Shown here in pieces: positions 23,599 through 35,723 of a DNA stretch of 64,000 bases (within the stretch, counting starts at the first letter, position 1; each line of letters begins with the position of its first letter). The DNA is taken from positions 4,644,554-4,708,553 of the forward strand of contig NW_024055498.1 of the NCBI RefSeq assembly GCF_902713615.1, given 5' to 3'. Origin of the DNA: Scyliorhinus canicula. Its lineage: Eukaryota. Both the position numbers and the translations under genes were made by a program. The notes under the pieces are model-generated. The model did no database searches and was not told the origin of the DNA. It saw only the letters and a list, made by a program, of their open reading frames with translations.

Positions 23599-24229
23599 GG
23601 GTTGTTAAGAAGGCGAACGGTGCGTTAGCTTTTATTGGTAGAGGAATTGAGTTTCGGAGCCATGAGGTCATGTTGCAGCTGTACAAAACTCTGTTGTGGC
23701 AGCATTTGGAGTATTGCGTCCAGTTCTGGTCGCCGCATTATAGGAAGGATGTGGAAGCATTGGAAAGGGTGCAGAGGAGATTTACCAAGATGTTGCCTGG
23801 TATGGAGGGAAGATCCTATGAGGAGAGGCTGAGGGACTTAAGGCTGTTTTCGTTAGAGAGAAGACGGTTAAGAGGTGACTTAATTGAGGCATACAAGATG
23901 ATCAGAGGATTAGATAGGGTGGACTATCAGTGAGAGCCTTTTTCCTCGGATGGTGATGTCTAGCACGAGGGGACGTAGCTTTACATTGAGGAGAGATAGA
24001 TATAGGACAGATGTCAGAGGTAGGTTCTTTACTCAGAGAGAAGTAAGGGTGTGGAATGCCCTGCCTGCAACAGTAGTGGACTCGCCAACACTAAACACAT
24101 TCAAATGGTCATTGGATAGACATATGGACGATAAGGGAATGGTGTAGATGGGCTTTAGAGGGGTTTCACAAGTCGGCGCAACATCGAGGGCTGAAGGGCC
24201 TGTACTGCGCTGTAATGTTCTATGTTCTA
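23599..24229 (+). mobile_element. CR1 LINE 3' fragment
   Basis: HLEYCVQFWSPHYRKDVEALERVQRRF; ends in an atgttctatgttcta tail; close relative of the 15.4-kb copy in the opposite orientation. Confidence 0.9.
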
Positions 24230-24574
24230 ATCTACTGCCATGTAGTTTGTGTTTCATTCTGATGTAAGAGCTGCATTTGGATTGCTCACCATTCAGGATG
24301 TTATCAGAACAGCAAAGAATGTTTCCTCTACTTTCAAATCATTTGGTGAGTGAGGTGGACCTGATCTCAGCTTTATTCCGAAACAGCTGATTATATTTCA
24401 GAGGCAGTGGGTGCCTTGAAACCTTTATTGATAACAGCTCCGGGGGAAATTGTTGAAAACGTCATCCAACCTATTTATAAATTAGCATTCAAGACTGCTT
24501 TCCAGAGATCAGGAATTATGTATCACATTGGGAATGCTGCAATACTGATTCATTAAAATGATACTGGGGCTAAA

Positions 24575-24910
24575 CGATTTTCACAATAGTGGTTAGCACT
24601 GAGGCTTCACAGTAACTGGGACCCGGTTCAATACTGACGGCGGGTGACTGTGTGGAGTTTACACCTTCTCCCCGTCTCTGCACGGGTTTCCTCCAGGTGC
24701 TTTGGTTTCCTCCCGCAGGCAAATATGTGCAGGTTAGGTGAATTGCTGATGCTAAATTGTCGCTGAATGTCCAAAGATTAGGTGGGGTTGTGAGGTTACA
24801 GGGATAGGGTGTGGGAATTGCCCAAGGTAGAGTGCTCTTTCGACGGTCGGTGCAGGCTCCATGGGCCGAATGGTCCTCTTCTGCGCTGTAGTGATCTATG
24901 ATTCTATAAT
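24575..24910 (+). mobile_element. tRNA-derived SINE (HE1/V-SINE-like)
   Basis: tagtggttagcactg A-box, ggttcaatac B-box, and family body. Confidence 0.65.
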
Positions 24911-25079
24911 AGTTTTCACAGAACACGCTGGTTTTCTATTGTATATCGAAGATTAAAGGCGGTCTGTCGGGGTTGATATTTCGAAGTTGACTTATTCACA
25001 TTTAGAGAGTGAAGGCTGAATCCTGCTGTCCTGATTGTGAAGATGAAACTTGGGTTAATTTTCATGTTTTCATTCACAG

Positions 25080-25388
25080 ATCCTTCCGTTTGCACTGATG
25101 CCTCAGTAACAATACTGTCACCACCAATAGAACAGGTCTTACTGGAGGCGACTGTCACCTTAACCTGCGTCATTTCGAATGCTCCTTTTGGAGTCACCGT
25201 GTCCTGGAGTGAAGCGAAGAAGCCGCTGAAATCAGAGATTGCCGACCAGCCTGGGGCAGATACTGAGAGCGTGGTCAGCAAATTAAACATCTCGACACAA
25301 GCCTGGCTGAGTGGGGCTGAGTTTGAATGTGTGGCGAGCCATCAGGACCTGCCAACTCCTTTAAGAATTTCAATCCACAAAAAAATAG
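25080..25388 (+). CDS. IGHM: Cmu3 exon
   Basis: [31 protein letters not shown]...VSWS...[22 protein letters not shown]; donor gtgag. Confidence 0.95.
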
Positions 25389-25599
25389 GTGAGCGGTGAG
25401 ACTGAAGCAATAAGTCAGTCATTGTGTCTATTTCTAGTGTCAGTGCAGCGGTCAGTATTTAGCATTCAGTGTATTTATGGTCCATTGTGATTGGTAATTC
25501 CACTAACTAAATACTCTGGGCCCTTAGAGTTTAAGGGGGAAATTGATTTGCAGACGAATGAACAATGGATTAAAAGCAGTGATATTGGGATTAGATGGA

Positions 25600-27130
25600 A
25601 CGAGACTGCAGACCATAAGACTTAGGAGCAGATGTAGGCCATTGGGCCCATCAACACCGGTCCAGCCTTCAGTGACGTCCTGACTGATGTGATGTGATCA
25701 TCTTCAACTCCTCTTTCCCGCCTTATCCCCATATCCTCTTGCCGTCTTTACTGATTTAAAATGCGCCTCTCTCAACCTTGAACAGACTGAACAACCCAGA
25801 ATCAACAGCCCCCTGTGTTACATAATTCCACAGCTTCACGACCCTCTGAGAGAGGAAATTCCTTCTCATCTCTGTCTTAAATAGGTGAACCCTCACTTTG
25901 TGATCCTGCACTGCTCCGAGACGCTCCCACAAGGGAAAACAACCTCTCAGCGTCTATCCTAAGAAGCTCCTGGAGAATCTTTCAAGTCTCAATTAGGTCG
26001 CCTTCATTCTTCTAAACTCCAATAAGTACAACCCAACACGGTAGCATTGTGGATAGCACAAGCGCTTCACAGCTCCAGGGTCCCAGGTTCGATTCTGGCT
26101 TGGGTCACTGTCTGTACATCCTCCCCGTGTGTGCGTGGGTTTCCTCTGGGTGCTCCGGTTTCCTCCCACAGTCGAAAGATGTGCAGCTTAGGTGGATTGG
26201 CCATGATAAATTGCCCTTAGTGCCCAAATTGCCCTTAGTGTTGGGTGGGGTTACAGGGTTATGGGGATAGGGTGGAGGTGTTAACCTTGGGTAGGGTGCT
26301 CTTTCCAGGAGCCGGTGCAGACTCGATGGGCCGAGTGGCCTCCTTCTGCACTGTAAATTCTATGTCTATGTCTACTTAACCTCTCCTCTGAAGAAAATCC
26401 CTCCATACGTGGGGTCAACCTCGTGATCCTTCTCTGGACTGCCTTCAAAACCAACCTGTCTTCCTCAGATAAGGGCAACAAAACTATTCAAAGTGTATCA
26501 AGTGTAGTCTAACTAATGCCTTGTATAATTTGAGCTCGACTTCCCCATGTTTATATTCTATTCCCATTGAAGTAAATGCCAACATTTAATTTGTCTCCAT
26601 ATTACCTGCAGAACTTGCTTTATGTGGTTTCTGCACGAGAACCCCCAATTCCCCCGTTACTTCTGCTTTCCCCAGTCTTTGTCCATCTAAATGATATTTC
26701 GTTATGTTCCTCCTCCGACCAAAGTGTCTAACCTCACATTTTCCTGCATCATATTCCATCTGCCAAGATTTTACTCAGTAACGTAAGCTGGCTCTGTTCC
26801 TCTGTAGACTTTATGTCCTCACCACTTGCCTTTCTACCTATTTTTGTATCTGCAGCCGTGGGAATAGCACATTCACTTATTAAATACAGTTTTGAAATTC
26901 ATGTATATTACAACTATTGGTTTCCCTCTCTCTAGCCTTCTCGTTATCACCTCAAAGAATTGCAATAAATTTGTGAAGCATGATTTACCTTCGCAAAGCC
27001 GCGCTGACTCTGCTTAATTATATTCTGTATGTCTAAGTGCCCAGCTGTTAAGGTCACTGGCCTATAGTTACCTGTTTTTGTCTCCCTCGCTTTTTAATAA
27101 GGGTGTTGCATTGGCAGTTTCCAATCCTCT
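25600..27130 (-). mobile_element. Degenerate CR1 fragments interrupted by a + strand SINE (26036-26372)
   Basis: ORF 26281..26481 contains LKAVQRRITRL...EERLSR; SINE A and B boxes at 26036-26100. Confidence 0.6.
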
Positions 27131-27428
27131 GGGCGTGAGGTAGGGGGAGTTTGGTGTGGAGTTCATACACCAGCACAGAACAGTTGGGCCGAATGGCCTG
27201 TTTCCCTGCTGTACACTTTCTGAAACTTTCGAATCCAATATCCGTAAATTCTCAGGGAAAAGGATTGTGTCCACCTCTGCTCCGAGCTGGGAACCGGGGC
27301 AGATCCCAAAGTGGAAAATGGAAACCTTTAAAATCCAACACAAAACACATTTCTCTCACATCTAACCCGCGGTTCCATTGTCTCCGGAATTCCCCATTTT
27401 ATTGACATTTATTGTACATTTTCTGCAG

Positions 27429-27820
27429 ATCCCAATCCGCGGGAACCGTCCGTCTCTGTCCTCCTGCCCTCGGCTGAAGACGTCTCCGCTCAGAGATTCG
27501 TCTCCCTCAGCTGCTTAGTGAGAGGTTTCTCCCCCCGAGAGATCTTCGTCAAGTGGACCGTCAATGACAAGCCGGTGAATCCCGGCAACTACAAGAACAC
27601 CGAGGTGATGGCGGAGAACGGCAATAGCTCCTTCTTCATGTACAGCCTGTTATCCATTGCAGCGGAGGAGTGGGCCAGCGGCGCTTCTTACTCCTGTGTG
27701 GTGGGACATGAAGCCATCCCCTTGAAGATCATCAACAGAACGGTTGATAAATCCAGCGGTAAACCCAGTTTTGTGAACATTTCCCTCGCTCTGATGGACA
27801 CCGTTAATTCATGTCAATGA
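27429..27820 (+). CDS. IGHM: Cmu4 exon plus secretory tailpiece
   Basis: [19 protein letters not shown]...[16 protein letters not shown]...[11 protein letters not shown]...DKSS|[20 protein letters not shown]. Internal donor at 27759 for the membrane form; tail has an N-glycosylation sequon and a penultimate Cys. Confidence 0.97.
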
Positions 27821-27847
27821 CAATCTATCAATTGCATTTCGAACTAA

Positions 27848-27862
27848 AATAAAAATAATAAA
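27848..27862 (+). terminator. Secretory-form polyadenylation signals
   Basis: AATAAA at 27848 and 27857, 28-37 nt after the stop codon. Confidence 0.8.
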
Positions 27863-28189
27863 GGTTTTTTCCTCCAATTGTGATTTAAATGTACAGCCGT
27901 TTAATTAATGGCGCTTCCACTTTGCTGATATTAGATCTGTTCAATGAGACCCGGATTTCTACAGGTCTCGGCCCCAGGTCTGATACAACCAGTGCTCTCA
28001 GCTCAGAAACACCCTGGGTTAGCGACAAAGTAAAACTCATTCATTCCAGGATTCAGCAAAATATCTTCATTGACTTTCCTCCCGCTGAGGAGAAATCGGA
28101 CATTTTCCCATTTCAGACACACAAACCCATCGCATTTAGATATCGGTGTTCCTGCTTCTCCCATTGTCCATCCCTTTAAAATTGATCAC

Positions 28190-28280
28190 AGTAAGAAGTC
28201 TTACAACACCAGGTTAAAGTCTGACAGGTTTGTTTCAAACACTAGCTTTCGGAGCACTGCTCCTTCCTCAGGTGAATTTA
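28190..28280 (-). mobile_element. Penelope terminal-repeat remnant with hammerhead motif (28240-28274)
   Basis: cactagctttcggagcactgctccttcctcaggtg is the reverse complement of the hammerhead motif. Confidence 0.65.
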
Positions 28281-28384
28281 AAATTAATGTCAGCTTTAAA
28301 TTGCTGCATTACACCCACTGGGAACTGAATTGAGAATCAAACAGAAACATGGACCAACAATCACCCATCAAGGAGAGGGGAAAG

Positions 28385-29170
28385 AGAAATTGTGAATCCA
28401 TTACATCTCCACTTCTCCTACAAAATCAGGAGGAGGGGCATTAGTAAATCCACTGTACCTCCATTTCCCCAACAGAGACAGGATGAGGGGCTTTAGTTAA
28501 TCCACTGTACCCCCACTTCCTCAAAAGAGAGAGGAGGGAGCATAAAGTAATCAACTGTACCCCCACATCCCAAAACAGAGAGGGGGAAGGGGCAGTAATT
28601 AATCCACTGTACCCCCACATCCCAAAACAGAGAGGGGGAGGGGCATTAGTGAATGCACTTCACCCCCACTTCTCCAACAGAGAGTGGGGAATGGACGTTA
28701 GCTCATGCCCTGCACCCCAACAAAGAGGAAGGGGCTTAGTGAACCCACTATACCCCTCACTTCCTCACCAAAGCATATGGGGGGGGGGGGGCAGTAGTTA
28801 ATCCAGTGTATCACCGCTCCCCAACAAATAGTGGGGGAGGAGCATTAATTAACACTGTACCCCCACTTTCCCACCAAAGAGCTGGGGCATTAGTTAATTC
28901 ACTGTACAGCCGCTTCCAACAAAGAAAGGGAGAGGGCCTAAATTAATGCACTGTACGCCCACTTCCCCAATAGAGAGAGGAGGAGGGGCAATATAAACCA
29001 ATTTTACCTCCACGTTCCCGACCAATAGAGGAGGAAGGTGATGAGTGAACTCTCTGTATCTCCACCTCATCAGCAGGGGGAACCCAAAGATAATTTGTTC
29101 AGCTGACCAGAGAGGGAGAGACTATTAAATCACTATCTACCTACGCCCCAAGCAGGGAATTTGGGAGTGG
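28385..29170. repeat. Degenerate approximately 52-bp minisatellite (about 14 units)
   Basis: Approximate consensus GGGGCATTAGTTAATCCACTGTACCCCCACTTCCCCAACAGAGAGGGGGAG. Confidence 0.75.
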
Positions 29171-29419
29171 ATGTGTCTCTACACTAAGAATTCAGTTACT
29201 GACATTACAAGACGGCATGCAGCTTATTGGCTGAAGATTTTAAATGACCAACATGCTAAAGATATTCTAAAAATATCTATTCACACAACATAATTTTCTT
29301 TAGCACCCTTGTTCCTCTTATCCATATGCGATAACTGATCCAAATCCAGACTGGTGATTGAATTCTCGCTGGGTTTTCACTGTTCTCTCCTGAGGCACCA
29401 TCTTATATTTTTACATTCG

Positions 29420-31040
29420 GTCACCTGATGTCAGCTTGCAACTCACAGAAAACACATTTATAAGCAGAAAGTTCAACATATTCTACATCGGTATCAATAA
29501 TACCCACAACTGCCAAAGCTACAGGCAGCTGATACAAATATACAGACAGATAAACAGGAATAAACACGTACCTGCACACGTACACACCCACTAACATACA
29601 CACGAGCACACGTAGACACAAACACACACATAGGTTCACATACAGAAACACATGTATACATATCCACATAAATGAACAAAAATTTACAAACATGCACATA
29701 AACACAAAAAAGCACACGTTTATATGCACAGAGACACACGTGTACATACATACACACACACACAAATCCACACACACAAGCCGGCACATAAGTACACACA
29801 AATATGCACGTGCACCCACATGTCCACACAGATACACAAATATGCAAACTCGAACATATAAAACCATACAAGCCGACTGACACAAGAATATGAAACACAA
29901 ATGTAAGCAATAACATATACATAATAGCAACAATAATGTTTATTGTCACAAGTAGGCTTACATTAACACTGCAAGAAGTTACTGTGAGAAACACCGAGTC
30001 GCCACACGCTTGGCGCCTGTTCGAGTACACAGAGGGAGAACTCAGAATGTCCAAATTACCTCTCAAGCATGTCTTTCGGGACTTGTGGGAGGAAACCGGA
30101 GCACCCGATCGAAACCCACGTGGACACAGGGAGAACGTGCAGACTCCGCACAGACAGTGACCCACGCGGGAATCGAACCCGGGTCCCTGGCACTGTGAAG
30201 CAACAGTACTAACCACTGTGCTACCGTGCCGCCCATAATCACGCCATTTCACAATGACAGTAATATTTCCATTAAAACAGAGACAATAGTTCACATTAGC
30301 ACACTTCTGCGCACACGAAGACACATATTAGTATACTCGTACACATGCTAACACAAACACACATTAGTGCACATGGAGGCTTCAATACACAGCAATAGTT
30401 AGTTATAAACAACCATCAATGCATAAATAGCACAGCTGCCTCACAGCGCCATAAACCTGGGTTCAATTCCAGCCTTGGTGATTGACTGTGTTGAGTTTCC
30501 ACGTTCTCCCGTGTCTGTTCCTGTTTCCTCCGTGTGCTCCGGTTTCCTCCCAACAGAGGAGGATCCACAGACCAAAGCTGTGCAGGTTCGGTGGATTGGC
30601 CATGCTCTATTACCCCTTGTCGCCCAAAATGTTAGGTGATGTTACGAGGTTCTGGGGATAGGCAGGGCGTGCACCTCGGTAGGGTGTTCTTTTGGAGGGT
30701 CAGTGCAGACTCAATGGGCCGAATGGCCTCGTTCTCCAAAGTAAGGATTATATGATGATGATTCTATGCTGAAATACACGCATTAACAAACACACAGTCA
30801 CACACACACACAAACGCAATTATCCAGACACAAACATTAAGACACTGAGATGCAAGTTGAAGGCAAAAATACACATTAACACATATATTACTGGGCAGGA
30901 AAGTATAAACACATATTAACACAGGCAATAATATATAAACATAGATTTCAACACAAACAATAAAACACTCATACATACACATTGACAGAGGATAAACAAA
31001 GTATACTCTCAGGCACTGACACCTAAATACACAGATCAAT
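29420..31040. repeat. CA-rich low-complexity tracts with two SINEs (29930-30235 minus; 30418-30765 plus)
   Basis: Degenerate (CA)n with typical SINE A/B boxes and bodies. Confidence 0.65.
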
Positions 31041-31055
31041 ACTCATTGACATAAT

Positions 31056-34000
31056 GTAAGAAGTCTTACAACACCAGGTTAAAGTCCAACAGGTTTGTTT
31101 CAAACACGAGCTTTCGGAGCACTGCTCCTTCCTCAGGTGAATGAAGAGGTATGTTCCAGAAACATATATATAGACAAATTCAAAGATGCAAGACAATGCT
31201 TAGAATGCGAGCATTTGCAGGTAATTAAATCTTTACAGATCCAGAGATAGGGGTATCTCCAGGTTAAAGAGGTGTGAATTGGTAGGATTTCGCAAGCCCA
31301 GGCCAGATGGTGGGAGATGAATGTAATGCAACATGAATCCCAGGTCCCGGTTGAGGTCGCACTCATGTGTGCGGAACTTGGCTATTAGTTTCTGCTCGGC
31401 GATTCTGCATTGCCGCGTGTCCTGAAGGCTGCCTTGGAGAACGCTTACCCGGAGATCAGAGGCTGAATGCCCTTGACTGCTGAAGTGTTCCCCGACTGGA
31501 AGGGAACATTCCTGCCTGGTGATTGTTGCACGATGCCCGTTCATTCGTTGTTGCAGCGTCTGCATGGTGTCGCCAATGTACCACGCTTCGGGACATCCTT
31601 TCCTGCAGCGTATGGGGTCGACAACGTTGGCCGAGTCGCACGAGTACGTACCGGGTACCTGGTGGGTGATTTTCTCACGTGTAATGGTGGTATCCAAGTC
31701 GATGATCTGGCACGTCTTGCAGAAATTGCCATGGTAAGGTTGTGTGGTGTCGTTTTCACTGTTCTGAAGGCTGGGTAGTTTGCTGCAAACAATGGCTTGT
31801 TTGAGGTTGTGCGGTTGTTTGAAGGCCAGTAGTGGTTGTGTGGGGATAAACTTGGCAAGATGTTCATCTTCAACGATGGCGTGTTGAAGACTGGAAAGAA
31901 GATTTCTTGGTTTCTTTGCTCCGGGAATGTACTGGACGATGAAGGGTACTCTGTCAGTTGTGTCCCGTGTTTGTCTTCTGAGGAGGTTGGTGCGGTTTTT
32001 TGCTGTGGCGCGTTGGAACTGTCGATCGATGAGTCGAGCACCATATCCCATTCATACAACGGCATCCTTCAGCGTCTGTAGATGTCTGTTACTTTCCTCC
32101 GTGTCTGGGCAGATCCTGTATATACGGAGGGCTTGTCCATAGGGGATGGCTTCTTTAATGTGTTTAGGATGGAAGCTGGAGAAGTGGAGCATCATGAGGT
32201 TATCGGTGGGCTTGCAGTAAAGCGAAGTGCTGAGGTGACCGTCCATGTTGGAGATGAGTGTGTTCAAGAATGCAACTGATTTTAGAGAGTATTCCATGTT
32301 GTGTCTGATGGTGGGTTGGAACTTATTGATGTCATCGTGTAGTCGTTTCAGTGATTCCTCGCCGTGGGTCCAAAGGGAAAAAATATCATCGATGTATCTG
32401 GTGTATAATGTCGGTTGAAGGTCCTGTGTGGTGAGGAGGTCTTGTTCAAACTTGTGCATGAAGATGTTTGTGCATTGATGTGCAAATTTGTTCCCCATGG
32501 CTGTTCCGTTCGTCTTGATGAAGAACTTGTTGTCGAAGGTGAAGACGTTGTGATCCAGAATGAAGCGGATGAGTTGCAGAATTGCGTCTGGAGATTGGCA
32601 GTTGTTGGTGTTGTGTACTGAGGCTGTTGCAGCAATGCCATCATCATGGGGATGCTGGTGTAGAGTGCCAAGACGTCCATTGTGACGAGGAATGTTCCTT
32701 GTTCAACTGGTCCAGGGGTGCTGAGTTTCTGTACGAAGTCCGTTGTGTCCATCTTGTACGATGGGTTTCAAGATGCCCTCGATGTAGCCAGAGAGGTTCT
32801 CACACAGGGTCCCATTGCCTAAAACGATAGGACGGCCTGGTGTGTTGGCCTTTTGTATTTTCGGGAGGCAGTAGAGATCTCCAATGCGGGCAGTGAGTGG
32901 GATGAGAGCACGCAGGGTGCTCTGAAGGTCTGGATCCAAGGTCTTGATCAGTCTGTTGAGTTGGCGGATGTGTTCCTTGGTCGGATATAGGGTAACTGTC
33001 TGTAGTGTTCCTGGTTGTTGAGTTGTTGGTATACTTCTTTGCAGTAGTCCGTTTTCTTCAGTATGACGGTTGCCCCTCCTTTGTCTGCTGGTTAGATAAC
33101 AATGTTACGGTTGGTCTTGAGAGCGCGGATGGTTTTGCATTGTGCTTGGGTGACGGTCAGGGCTGTCTTGTGAATGCGACTGATGAATCTCGCATTGACG
33201 CGACTCCTGACAGCTTGAGCATACATATCGAGTCTAGGGCAGCGGCCTTCCAGAGGGGTCCAATTCGACTCTTTCCTCTTCAGTTGCCGCACCGCAGATC
33301 TCTCGGTCTGCTGGTCCAGTTCATTGGTGGTCTCTTCGGGTTCGCTGTTGGCCCCTTGAGGTCTGTGGAAGAATTCCCGGAGCCTCATTCACCTGATGAG
33401 TTCCTCCGTGTCTGCCGCGAGACTGATGGGGTCCATTTTGGTGGTGGTGCAGAAATTGAGTCCTCTGCTGAGGACTTCATTTCGTCTGGTTGAAGGGTGT
33501 AGTCCGACAAGTTGACAATAGATTTCCCTGTATGGTTTTGTACTGTGGTCCCGGGAGAGGCTTGGTTGCTGCTGGTGGTGATGCCGGGGTTCTCAAGCTT
33601 CCTGTTCTTGATGTGCATATAGGTGGCATAGTATCGTTGTCCCATCCATTTGGCGGTGTTACGCAGCTGGTCTGCTGCTTCCTGAGCACAGGTTGAGAAT
33701 ATGGCCTCTGTCTTAGTTTCCAGGTTGCGTCGCCTGCTGTAGAGCTGGCGTACGAGGTGGTCGAGGAGTGTGAGAGAGGTGCGATGGCAGAGTCTCTCAG
33801 TGTAGTCTGTGCAGTATTGCAGGTCGACTTGAGTGGGTTTGTGATCTGTGGCCCTTTCGGGATCTTGACTGCTTTCTTGCATCTTTGTAGAAACTTAACG
33901 TCAGTGTCTATATGCACGATCGTCCTGGAGATCCTCTCCACTTTGAGCTGGCAGTTTGCGGTGTACATGGCAGCCATGATGTGGAGACGCCAGCGTTGGA

Positions 34001-34715
34001 CGGGGGTGAGCACAGTAAGAAGTCTTACAGCACCAGGTTAAAGTCCAACAGGTTTGATTCAAACACGAGCTTTCGGAGCACAGCTCCCTCCTCAGGTGAA
34101 TGAATGAAGAGGTATGTTCCAGAAACATATATATAGACGAATTCAAAGATGCCAGACAATGCTCGGAATGCGAGCATTTTCAGGTAATTAAGTCTTTACA
34201 GATCCAGAGAGAGGGGTAACCCAGGTTAAAGAGGTGTGAATTGTCTCAAGCCAGAACAGTTTGTAGGATTTCGCAAGCCCAGGGCAGATGATGGGGGATG
34301 AATGTAATGCGACATGAATCCAAGATCCCGGTTGAGGTCGCACTCGTGTGCGGAACTTGGCTATTAGTTTCTGCTCGGCGATTCTGCGTTGCCGCGTGTC
34401 CTGAAGGCCGCCTTGGAGAACGGTTACCCGGAGATCAGAGGCTGAATGCCTTTGATTGCTGTAGTGTTCTCCGACTGGAAGGGAACATTCCTGCCTGGTG
34501 ATTGTCGTGCGATGCCCGTACATTTGTTCTCGCAGGGTCTGCATGGTCTCACCAATGTACCACGCTTTGGGACGTCCTTTCCTGCAGCGTATGGGGTAGA
34601 CAACGTTGGCCGAGTCGTACGAGTATGTACAACGTACCTGATGGGTGGTTTTCTCACGTTTAATGGTGGTGTCTATGTCGAGGATCTGGCACTTCTTGCA
34701 GAGGTTGCCATGGCA
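31056..34715 (-). mobile_element. Penelope-like retroelement (RT plus GIY-YIG), frameshifted, with partial tandem duplication
   Basis: Minus ORFs: RPIVLGNG (32703..32939), AMGNKFA and YTRYIDDIF-like RT motifs (32052..32498), AWYIGDT..RMNGHR GIY-YIG (31233..32051). The 3' region is repeated at 33973-34715. Hammerhead motifs at 31105-31139 and 34064-34098. Confidence 0.9.
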
Positions 34716-34851
34716 TGTTCATTGGCAGAATGAACACACAGTGAACCTACACAGACATTTGGACACACAACAGAGGAGCAAACCAAAACAGAAATTTAAA
34801 ATCTACACCGACACAAATGCTGAAGAAAAAACTCAAACGTCAGGCAAGTGC

Positions 34852-35035
34852 AGCACGGTGGCATAGTGGTTAGCACTGCTACTTCACGGCGCTAAGGATC
34901 TCGCTTTGATCCCGCTCCTGGGTCTGGGTCCCAGTGGAGTTTACACATTCTTCCCGTGACCAGTGGGTCTCACCCCCACAACCCAAAGATGTGCAGGGTA
35001 GGTGGATTGGGCACGCTTAATTGCCCCTTAACTAG
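34852..35035 (+). mobile_element. tRNA-derived SINE
   Basis: gcagcacggtggcatagtggttagcactg head and family body. Confidence 0.7.
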
Positions 35036-35208
35036 AAAAAAAAGAAAGAGAGATCAATTTCTGAGTGTCACAAACTCAACAGTAGATATGCAAAGAAAAA
35101 TATATTAAAGAATGAATGATCAGCTTAAGAAAATAAAACGAGAATATTAAAAATATATCCTGTATTAATAAACAATCTGATTATATTTATTTGGCTCTGT
35201 CGCCGTAG

Positions 35209-35336
35209 ATGCCACAGACCACACCTGGACTGAAGACAATGAGGATGATAACGGGAACATCTGGACAACCGCTTCCACATTCATCACCCTGTTCTTCCTG
35301 AGCATGTCCTACAGCGCTGCAGTCACTCTGGTGAAG
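35209..35336 (+). CDS. IGHM: IgM transmembrane exon TM1
   Basis: DATDHTWTEDNEDDNGNIWTTASTFITLFFLSMSYSAAVTLVK; acceptor cgtag, donor gtgag; not in the ORF track because it has no ATG. Confidence 0.93.
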
Positions 35337-35476
35337 GTGAGAAGATTCAATCCACTCACACATCAAACTGACAGAAACCGTTTAAAACATCTCTAAATGT
35401 TTGATTGATTAAAAACTTTAACATCAATGTCACAGATCGTAAACATCTGCTTCATAATTTTCTCTCTCTTTTACAG

Positions 35477-35485
35477 ATCAAGTGA
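35477..35485 (+). CDS. IGHM: IgM TM2 exon (IK*)
   Basis: Polypyrimidine acceptor ctctcttttacag followed by ATC AAG TGA. Confidence 0.85.
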   Translation: MK

Positions 35486-35717
35486 TCGGTTGACGTTCGG
35501 ACGCTGTAGATTTTCCTCAGCTGTTTATTATGATCTGTGTGTGACACAAATACAATATCTCCTCTTGGTGACTCGAACAGTAAAATCCTCTCTTTATTAT
35601 TCTGCATCGGTAACTGAGACAATCATGGACAGTATTTCTATTTTCATTTTGAAATGTATGAGATAATTTTGGCTGTAATGTAATTGTAGCTAATCAATTC
35701 CCTCAATGCCTTGTATA

Positions 35718-35723
35718 AATAAA
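35718..35723 (+). terminator. Membrane-form polyadenylation signal
   Basis: AATAAA about 230 nt after TM2; a second copy at 35925. Confidence 0.6.

Larger units (their letters stand above)
10366..35485 (+). other. IGHM: Complete IgM heavy-chain cluster (L-VD-J-Cmu1-Cmu2-Cmu3-Cmu4-sec-TM1-TM2)
   Basis: All exons found in order on + with GT/AG splice sites and compatible phases; no stop or frameshift seen in any exon. Confidence 0.95.

Noticed and set aside
20955-29170. 29-bp and 52-bp arrays as CRISPR-like structures
   Set aside because: Head-to-tail repeats with no unique spacers, in a vertebrate genome.
29421-31039. Hydrophobic Cys/Val-rich minus-strand ORFs (170, 276 and 91 aa)
   Set aside because: Translations of (TG)n-like tracts and SINEs.
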